Source: Treponemataceae bacterium
GTDB lineage: Bacteria > Spirochaetota > Spirochaetia > Treponematales > Rectinemataceae
Direction: 5' to 3'
Length of the DNA: 64,000 nt
Assembly: GCA_963678065.2 (NCBI GenBank)
Contig: CAXXVZ010000005.1
Location: 160,001 to 224,000, forward strand
Below, one piece after another: positions 56,798-64,000 of this stretch. How positions within the stretch are numbered: the first letter of the stretch is position 1; every line of letters starts with the position of its first letter. The position numbers and the translations under genes were made by a program. Under the pieces are notes generated by a model that worked only from the letters and a program-made list of their open reading frames with translations, made no database searches and was not told the origin of the DNA.

Positions 56798-57694
56798 ATG
56801 AACGGAATCGGACAGGGCATTCCGGACGGAATCGCGGACATCCTCGAATACATCAGGAGAGAGCGGGACTTTGAAACAGAGGGGTATTGCCGCTCCGTGC
56901 TGACGGAGCGCATCCAGCAGCGCATGGACAGCCTTGGGATCGCCCGCACGGATGCCTACCTCGAGATGCTGGGCCGCGAGCCTGCCGAGACGGACCGTCT
57001 GCGGGACTGCCTCACCGTCAAAGTCAGCAGCTTTTTCCGTGATCCTCTCGTGTTCGAATATCTGGCCGAAGCTGTGCTTCCTGCGATCGCGGACGAAAAG
57101 TACCGCAGGGAGGACAGGAGTCTCCGGATCTGGTCGGCCGCCTGCGCAACCGGCGAGGAAGCTTACTCGATCGCCATGCTCCTGCGCGAACGCGCGACCG
57201 AGCTCCCCCGCCTGCCCGACCCACTCATCTTCGCGACGGACATCGACGAATCCGCCCTCGCTCAGGCGAGAACCGGAGTCTATTCCAAGTCCAGCCTCGC
57301 GAAACTCCCGTACGGGCTCGTCGCCTCATACTTCAGCCGCGAGGGCGACTTCTTCCGCGTCGCCCCGGAGATCCGTGCCGCAGTCCGCTTTTCCCGCCAC
57401 AACATACTCGACAAAAAGGGCGCCGTGCCCGCGGAGAGTATTTTCGGAGCCTTCGACCTCATACTCTGCCGCAACCTCCTCATCTACTTCGAGCCGCCCT
57501 GGCAGGAACTCATCGTCGGGAGGCTCTGGCGCTCCCTCGTTCCGGGCGGCTTCCTTGTCCTCGGAAAGACCGAGTCCATCCCCCTCGCGTGGCGGGCGAA
57601 GTTGAGGAGACAGAGCGATCTCTGCCCCGTATACAGAAAACAGGAATCGGAGAGCCCGCGGGATACAAAGCCCGTGACCGGATCGGCGACATGA
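56798..57694 (+). CDS. cheR: CheR-family protein-glutamate methyltransferase
   Basis: VSSFFRD, IWSAACATGEEAYS, ATDID, DLILCRNLLIYF, LVLGKTES. Confidence 0.92.
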   Translation: MNGIGQGIPDGIADILEYIRRERDFETEGYCRSVLTERIQQRMDSLGIARTDAYLEMLGREPAETDRLRDCLTVKVSSFFRDPLVFEYLAEAVLPAIADEKYRREDRSLRIWSAACATGEEAYSIAMLLRERATELPRLPDPLIFATDIDESALAQARTGVYSKSSLAKLPYGLVASYFSREGDFFRVAPEIRAAVRFSRHNILDKKGAVPAESIFGAFDLILCRNLLIYFEPPWQELIVGRLWRSLVPGGFLVLGKTESIPLAWRAKLRRQSDLCPVYRKQESESPRDTKPVTGSAT

Positions 57695-57735
57695 GCCGAC
57701 GGGGCCAAAACAGCGACAGAAGGGGGAGCAAGGCC

Positions 57736-60700
57736 ATGAAAACGACACATACATCGGGCAGCATCGGCAGGCGTCTCACAGTCTGGTTTCTGATCGTCGC
57801 CCTTCTGCCCCTGGCCTCTTTCGGCATCGTCGCCTATCTGGAACAGGTTCGGGCCATCAAAGACGACGCTTTCTCCAAATTGACTGCAGTGAGGGATCTC
57901 AAGGTCCAGAGAATCGGCGATTGGCTGAACGGAGTGCAGCGCAATGCCCAGACTGTCGCCCTCGAGGCGCGCAGCCACCTCGTCCCGGACGGGGCCCTGC
58001 ACACCGATCCGGCGTCGATCGGAGCCATGCGCGGATTCATCCTCAACCTCCTGTCCAGCAACACGGAAATTACCGACATCCAGGTTATCGACGCCACGAC
58101 GGGAATGACGCTGGTGTCCAATCGCCAGGAACAGGAAGGCAGGGATCTCTCGGATTCCCTCAATTTCCTTGAACCCCGGAGAACGGGGAAGACCTTTATA
58201 AACGATATACATTTTTCGACTATCACCAACAGCAAGCGGATGAACATAGCCCTTCCCCTCCTCGCGCCCGGTTCCGGGGGAAAGGTACTCGCGGTCGTCG
58301 TGGCCGACATCCGCATGGAACTTCTCGACTCGCTCCTGGGGGAAAACACCGGGCTGGGGCAGAGCGGCGAGACACTCGTCGTCAACAAGGATGTCGTCGC
58401 GGTCAACAACCTCCGCTGGAAGGACAACGCCGCCCTCAACTTCAAGATAGGCGCCGCGCCTGCCGTCCTCGCCGCCTCGGGGAAGACCGGCATCATAGAA
58501 ACGGAGGACTACCGGGGAGTCAGGGTGCTCGCGGCCTACTCCTTCATGCCGGCCACCTCCTGGGGTTTCGTGGCCAAGCAGGACCTCTCGGAACTCTACG
58601 GCCCGATTGCCTCTCTCAACCGAAAGCTTATCCTCATAGCCGGACTCTGCGCGCTCGCGGTCATCGGCATGGCTTTCAGGCTGTCGAAGGGCTTCGTCAA
58701 GCCGATCAGCGAGATGAAGAACACTGCCCTGGCGCTGAGCCGCGGCGAGCTCGGCGTACGCAACCCCATCGCGGGAAACGACGAACTGACCGTGCTCGCG
58801 CGCTCGATCAACGACATGGCGGACCGCGTCGCCTCCCAGATGAGCATCCTTGAGGGGGATCGCACGATCGCTGAAGCGATCGTCAGGCCCACCGACATGG
58901 AGTCCTTCTGCAAGGATCTCCTGTTCACCTTGATGCGCGTCGTGAAGGCGGAAATGGGGGCATTCTACCTACCCGACGGGAAAGGCAGATTCTCCCCCTT
59001 CGCGTCGTTCGGGCTCTCTACCCCCGCCCTGGAGAGCTTCGATGCCGCGAGCTGCGAGGGCATGATCGGAGCGGCCCTCGTCACGCGCGACATCGCCAGA
59101 GTCAGGGACATTCCGCCTGACAGCAAGTTCTCATTCCGGACCTTCGCGGGGGACATCATCCCGCGCGATATGCTGACGATTCCTGTCATAGTCGGAAACA
59201 ACGTGGCGGCCCTCATCGCTCTGGGCTCGCTTTCGGCCTTTACGGACGAAAGCCTCTCGATCCTGGAGGCCTCTTCCTTCGCGACGCGGGTGGGCCTCGC
59301 CAATCAGCTCGCCAACGGAAAAACACGGCATCTCGTCGAGGAACTATCCGCAAAAACCCTGGAACTCGAGGCTCAGGCCGCGGAGCTGTCTTCCCAGTCC
59401 CTCGAACTCCGGAAGCAGTCCGAGCAGCTCCGCGCCCAGAACGTGGAGCTGGAAGCGCAGAGCGCTTCTGTCAACGAGGCGAACCGCCTCAAGAGCGAAT
59501 TCCTCTCGACCATGAGCCATGAACTCCGCACTCCGCTCAACTCCGTGCTCGCCCTCTCCCGCGTCCTCATCATGCAGGGCATGGGCCGGTTCAGTGCGGA
59601 GGAGACAGGTTACCTCGAAATCATCGAGCGGAACGGCAAAAACCTCCTCAGACTGATCAACGACATCCTCGACCTCGCGAAGATCGAGTCGGGGAAACTC
59701 GAACTGGTCTGCGAGGATTTTTCCATCGCGGACTGCATCGTGGAGATCAAGGAGGGCCTGGAGCCCCTGTGCAGGGAAAAGGGCATCGCCATCTTCCTCG
59801 ACATCCCGGAAAACCTGCCTTCCCTGCGCAGCGACAAAAGGCGGGCACACCAGATCCTCATGAATATAATGGGCAACGCAGTCAAATTCACCGCGAAGGG
59901 GCAGATCCGGATCACGGCGGGAGTCACCATGGGCACGGGCAGGCAGGAGATCGCGGTAACGGTGCGCGATACGGGGATAGGCATTCCCGAGAAGGACCTG
60001 CCCTTCATTTTCGACGAGTTCAGACAGGTGGACGGAAGCTCGGCGAGGTCCTACGAAGGCACAGGGCTCGGCTTGGCCATCGCCGCCAAATCGGTCCGTC
60101 TCCTCGGCGGCCGGATAGAGGTCGCGAGCACAGTCGGAGTCGGCTCGACCTTCACGGTCTTCCTGCCTTTGGGAGAGACGGATGCCCCGGCGGCCGAAAC
60201 AGAGGGCTGGACTGAGGCCTCGCTCTTCGACGAAGAGACGGACCCTCACCGCAGTGACGATCCTCGCCGGATTCTCCTCGTCGAAGACAGCGAGCCGGCC
60301 ATCATCCAGATACGGTTGATCCTGGAACAAGAGGGATATCATGTCGAGATAGCGCGCGACGGGCTCGAAGGCATGGCCCTGATGGAGGCCGCGCGGCCCG
60401 ACGGAATCATCCTCGATCTCATGATGCCCGGAGTCGATGGATTCCAGACGCTCGAGCGTCTGCGCGGCACACCCTCGACAGCCCACACTCCCGTCCTGAT
60501 CCTCACGGCCAAGGATCTCACCCGGGAGGATCTGGGGCGGCTCAGCGCGAACCATGTCCAGCAACTCGTCCGCAAGGGAGATGTCGACCGGCAGGAGCTG
60601 CTCGCGAAAATCGCCAGGATGCTGGGGAAGGACGGCCCGAGGGCCTCGGTTCCCGGAGACGCGGCCCCGGGCGCGAAGCCGGTTTCCGCCCCCAACCCGG

Positions 60701-61155
60701 AACCGCGACCCCCGGCCACTTTGCCCTCCCCGTGCCCCTCGACACGAAAAAAACCGCTGCCAGGCGCAAGGCCCGTCATCCTCGCCATCGAGGACAATCC
60801 CGACAACATGACGACGCTCGGCGCGATCCTCGCGGGAGACTACGATTTTCTGCAGGCGCGGGACGGAGAAACTGGTCTCGCGATCGTCGCGGAGAGCCGG
60901 CCCGACCTCGTCATCCTGGATATTTCGCTTCCCGGCTTGAGCGGGATCGAGGTACTCCGCAAGCTGAGGGCGGATGAGGCGGCATTCGAACTTCCCATCA
61001 TCGCCCTCTCGGCTCTGGCCATGAAAGAGGACAGACAGAGAGCCCTCGCTGCCGGCTGCGACGAATACCTGACGAAACCCATCGAGGTCGCGGAGCTGAA
61101 GGAATCGGTCGCGCGATTGATTGGCGGCAGGAAAATTCCGGAGGACCGGTCATGA
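57736..61155 (+). CDS. Membrane hybrid histidine kinase (Cache-HAMP-GAF-coiled coil-HisKA-HATPase-REC-REC)
   Basis: 2 TM, DYRG (Cache), NDEL (HAMP), MSHELRTPLN, GTGLGL, two REC domains; alternative ATGA-coupled start at 57691. Confidence 0.92.
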   Translation: MKTTHTSGSIGRRLTVWFLIVALLPLASFGIVAYLEQVRAIKDDAFSKLTAVRDLKVQRIGDWLNGVQRNAQTVALEARSHLVPDGALHTDPASIGAMRGFILNLLSSNTEITDIQVIDATTGMTLVSNRQEQEGRDLSDSLNFLEPRRTGKTFINDIHFSTITNSKRMNIALPLLAPGSGGKVLAVVVADIRMELLDSLLGENTGLGQSGETLVVNKDVVAVNNLRWKDNAALNFKIGAAPAVLAASGKTGIIETEDYRGVRVLAAYSFMPATSWGFVAKQDLSELYGPIASLNRKLILIAGLCALAVIGMAFRLSKGFVKPISEMKNTALALSRGELGVRNPIAGNDELTVLARSINDMADRVASQMSILEGDRTIAEAIVRPTDMESFCKDLLFTLMRVVKAEMGAFYLPDGKGRFSPFASFGLSTPALESFDAASCEGMIGAALVTRDIARVRDIPPDSKFSFRTFAGDIIPRDMLTIPVIVGNNVAALIALGSLSAFTDESLSILEASSFATRVGLANQLANGKTRHLVEELSAKTLELEAQAAELSSQSLELRKQSEQLRAQNVELEAQSASVNEANRLKSEFLSTMSHELRTPLNSVLALSRVLIMQGMGRFSAEETGYLEIIERNGKNLLRLINDILDLAKIESGKLELVCEDFSIADCIVEIKEGLEPLCREKGIAIFLDIPENLPSLRSDKRRAHQILMNIMGNAVKFTAKGQIRITAGVTMGTGRQEIAVTVRDTGIGIPEKDLPFIFDEFRQVDGSSARSYEGTGLGLAIAAKSVRLLGGRIEVASTVGVGSTFTVFLPLGETDAPAAETEGWTEASLFDEETDPHRSDDPRRILLVEDSEPAIIQIRLILEQEGYHVEIARDGLEGMALMEAARPDGIILDLMMPGVDGFQTLERLRGTPSTAHTPVLILTAKDLTREDLGRLSANHVQQLVRKGDVDRQELLAKIARMLGKDGPRASVPGDAAPGAKPVSAPNPEPRPPATLPSPCPSTRKKPLPGARPVILAIEDNPDNMTTLGAILAGDYDFLQARDGETGLAIVAESRPDLVILDISLPGLSGIEVLRKLRADEAAFELPIIALSALAMKEDRQRALAAGCDEYLTKPIEVAELKESVARLIGGRKIPEDRS

Positions 61156-62393
61156 AAATCCTCGTCATTGACGACAACAGGGACAACCTTGTCTCCGTGA
61201 CGGCGATGCTCAGGAACTACCTGCCCGGCTGCGAGACGGAGACCGCCGAGTCCGGGACGGATGGTATCGGGAAGGCCCGCTCATTTCTTCCGGACACCAT
61301 TCTCCTCGACATACGGATGCCGGGTCTCGACGGCTACCAGGTCTGCCGGATAATCAAATCAGACTCCGACTTGAGGCACATTCCCATCATATATCTCACG
61401 GCCGTCGACTCCGATCCGGCGAGCAAGATAAAAGGGCTCGAGAGCGGCGGGGAGGCTTTCCTCACGAAACCCGTGGACCCGGGGGAACTCATGGCCCAGG
61501 TCCGGGCCATGGTGAGGATCAAACAGGCGGAGGACAGACTCAGAGACGAGAACAGGCGGCTCGAAAAAGCCATCCATGAACGCACCGCGGCTCTCCGCGA
61601 GAGCGAGGAGAGCTACAGGCGCATCAATTCCCGGCTGGAAAGCATGGTGCGAGACCGCACGGAACGGCTCGAAGCCTCGGTGAAGGAACTCGAGGCGTTT
61701 TCGTATTCCGTCTCGCATGACCTCCGGGCTCCGCTCCGTATCCTCACAGGATTCAGCGAAGCGCTCCAGACCCGCTACGGGACAGTGCTGGACGAGGAGG
61801 GGCGGCATTTCATCGAGAGGATATGCGAGGCCTCGCACCGGATGGGGGAACTCATCCAGGATCTCCTCGACCTGTCTCTGCTGACCCGGCGCGACCTCGT
61901 CCGGGTGCCCGTGGACATGAGCGCGCTCGCGGCTTCCGTCGCGGAGAACATGTCGGGACAGAGTCCGGACAAGAGCGTGGAGTTCCGCATCGAAGAAGGC
62001 ATGCGCGCCGTGGGAGACAGCCACCTGCTCAGGATCGTGTTTGAAAACCTCATCGGAAACGCGAGAAAATTCAGCGAGAAAGGCGAAGGCCCGCGGATCG
62101 AGGTGGGGACAGAGCACGAGGGCGCGGAAACCTGGTATTACGTGCGGGACAACGGCGTAGGTTTCAATATGGAATTCGCGGGAAAACTCTTCGCCCCCTT
62201 CCAGCGGCTGCACAACTCGAAGGATTTTCCCGGCACGGGCATCGGACTCGCGACTGTACAGCGGATAATTCTCCGCCACGGAGGCAGGATCAAGGCCGAA
62301 TCCAGGCAGGGCGAAGGGGCGACTTTCAGTTTCACCCTGGGGAACGCGGTGTGCGATGCGGTTCCGGAGCCGGCACGGAGCCCGTTGGCCTAG
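61152..62393 (+). CDS. REC-HisKA-HATPase histidine kinase
   Basis: ILVIDD, LLDIRMP, FSYSVSHDLRAP, DNGVGF, GTGIGL. Confidence 0.93.
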   Translation: MKILVIDDNRDNLVSVTAMLRNYLPGCETETAESGTDGIGKARSFLPDTILLDIRMPGLDGYQVCRIIKSDSDLRHIPIIYLTAVDSDPASKIKGLESGGEAFLTKPVDPGELMAQVRAMVRIKQAEDRLRDENRRLEKAIHERTAALRESEESYRRINSRLESMVRDRTERLEASVKELEAFSYSVSHDLRAPLRILTGFSEALQTRYGTVLDEEGRHFIERICEASHRMGELIQDLLDLSLLTRRDLVRVPVDMSALAASVAENMSGQSPDKSVEFRIEEGMRAVGDSHLLRIVFENLIGNARKFSEKGEGPRIEVGTEHEGAETWYYVRDNGVGFNMEFAGKLFAPFQRLHNSKDFPGTGIGLATVQRIILRHGGRIKAESRQGEGATFSFTLGNAVCDAVPEPARSPLA

Positions 62394-62400
62394 AGAGCGG

Positions 62401-63240
62401 TCAGACCCAGGAAGTGTGCGCGCGGGCCAGCACGGTGTCGCCGCGGTACAGACCTGTGATGGTCCCTGCCCCGGGAGCCGCGGCCCAGCGCGCTGCGACC
62501 CGATCGTTCTCGAGCATCTCCGCGGAAAACTCGATCTTCATGGCGCCGACACGGCCGATTCCGCCGCGGCGGGAACGGGGAACGGCGTCGGTCAGCCAGT
62601 CGACGATGTAGGCGTTGTTGACGTGGCCGTTGTAGTCGATGTGGCGGCTGGCCGCCTGCATGGGAAAGGCGTCATGAAATGCTGGCGACTGAACTCCCCC
62701 ACCCTCCCCGGCCGACCCGGAGGCCTTGTCGCCAAGGTCAGGCTCCCTGGTTCTCCCGCCCACAGCCTCTCCGACGGCCACAGGTGCTGGTATGGAGAAA
62801 TCGAAATCCGGCACGGGGTGAGGATCGGCTCCCCTCGGCAATTCCACGCCGAAAGAGCGGTCCGGACGGAGGGGCTTGCGCGCCTCTACGTCGACGACAA
62901 GGTAGGCGTAAACAGCCCTCGCGAACACCGCACGCGAGACGGCATCCCGCAGAACGAGGTCGCGGAGCGCGAAAATCCCTTTGGTGCCGGCGGGCCAGGT
63001 CAGAACTTCGACGCGGTCTCCGGGCGCGGGCGTTCCGTCCATGCGGAGGTCGATGCGCGAGAGCATCCAGGTTCGCCCCCGTGGCGCGAGAGCTTCCATG
63101 CCGATTCCAAGAGCCGCGGCGTGGTCGCCCGCAGCTTCCTGGAAAAAATTCGTCAGGGCGAAGACCTTGAGAGGCCCCCCATATCCGCAGTCGTAGCCGC
63201 GGACCCTGTACTCGACTCGATATGGTTCCACCACAGGCAT
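62401..63240 (-). CDS. Acyl-ACP thioesterase
   Basis: FQEAAGDHA, WMLSR, VLTWP, HIDYNGHVNN. Confidence 0.88.
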   Translation of the reverse strand: MPVVEPYRVEYRVRGYDCGYGGPLKVFALTNFFQEAAGDHAAALGIGMEALAPRGRTWMLSRIDLRMDGTPAPGDRVEVLTWPAGTKGIFALRDLVLRDAVSRAVFARAVYAYLVVDVEARKPLRPDRSFGVELPRGADPHPVPDFDFSIPAPVAVGEAVGGRTREPDLGDKASGSAGEGGGVQSPAFHDAFPMQAASRHIDYNGHVNNAYIVDWLTDAVPRSRRGGIGRVGAMKIEFSAEMLENDRVAARWAAAPGAGTITGLYRGDTVLARAHTSWV

Positions 63241-63292
63241 AGCGTTCCCTCCCCGTTTTCCGGATTGTGCCGATTTTCGCGAAGGACTCGAC

Positions 63293-64000
63293 TCAGTCAG
63301 CCATGAGGTAGGCGTGGCCCTCGGCGAGCTTGTCGGGGATCGCGATCTTCTGCGGACATTTGGAGAGGCAGGCGCCGCACTTTTTGCAGGCGTTCCCGCC
63401 CGCATTCTTGTCCGCTGTGTTCAGCTTGTACCAATACCTGACAGTCTCCCGCGATCCGAACATCGATGCGGAGTTGTACCTGCTGAAAACCTCGGGGATC
63501 TCGACGCCGAAGGGACAGGGAGTGCAGTAACCGCAGGCCGTGCAGGGAACCCTCTGCTTTTCGCGGTAGATGGAGCGGGCGCGGTCGATCAGGTCCATTT
63601 CTTTTTTTGTCATGGAATTGGCGCGGGCCGCCTCGACGATGCCGGCGTTTTCCCAGAGCTGGTTATCCGATCCCATGCCGGACAGGACGGTGACCGTCTC
63701 CTGCCGTTCGAGGACGAAGCGCAGGGCCCACTCGACGGGAAGCCGCGGCTTGGGATACTCGGCGAAGACCTCGCGGACCGCGCGAGGGGCGTTGACGAGG
63801 GCGCCGCCGCGCAGAGGCTCCATGACGACGACGCCAATCTCGTGAGCCGCAGCGTACTCGATTCCCTCGGTTCCGGCCTGGTACTCGGTATCCATATAGT
63901 TGTACTGGATCTGGCACATCTCCCAGCCCGAATAGCCGTCGATTATTTTTTTGAACGCATCGAGCGAGTCGTGGAAGGAGAACCCGATGTGGCGGATGCG
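63293..64000 (-). CDS. Aldo/keto reductase with C-terminal 4Fe-4S dicluster (5' end outside the window)
   Basis: IRHIGFSFHD, CQIQYNYMD, MEPLRGG, VLSGM, CTACGYCTPCP, CKKCGACLSKCP. Confidence 0.92.
   Translation of the reverse strand, partial: RIRHIGFSFHDSLDAFKKIIDGYSGWEMCQIQYNYMDTEYQAGTEGIEYAAAHEIGVVVMEPLRGGALVNAPRAVREVFAEYPKPRLPVEWALRFVLERQETVTVLSGMGSDNQLWENAGIVEAARANSMTKKEMDLIDRARSIYREKQRVPCTACGYCTPCPFGVEIPEVFSRYNSASMFGSRETVRYWYKLNTADKNAGGNACKKCGACLSKCPQKIAIPDKLAEGHAYLMAD

Overview
This is a high-GC bacterial chromosome segment. Gene content and order (hyp-lgt-nadE, ctpA-rsmE-WecB/TagA, STAS-CesT-pspA) suggest a spirochaete, which is inference. Most of it is housekeeping: nadE, lgt, murA, pyrC, argCJBD, trpS, an opp/dpp-type ABC transporter, tpx, fhs, recQ, a fadD-type ligase, two signalling clusters and an hsmRA-like pair. 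I saw no tRNA, rRNA, CRISPR array or intact mobile element. The most notable unexplained signals are: (1) two divergent candidate leader peptides between argC and trpS, an Arg-rich 47-aa uORF ending RR-stop and a 54-aa uORF with W-S-W, neither with a T-box or poly-U terminator, plus ARG-box-like sites; (2) a DnaA-box cluster between convergent genes with no dnaA in the window; (3) a lower-GC, decaying ABC-ATPase + TOPRIM (DUF4276-like) module followed by an AT-hook SNF2 / large unknown protein / deoxynucleoside kinase operon; (4) recurrent leaderless-promoter geometry; (5) a second, shortened PspA-like protein. All calls come from reading motifs by eye; no searches were run.
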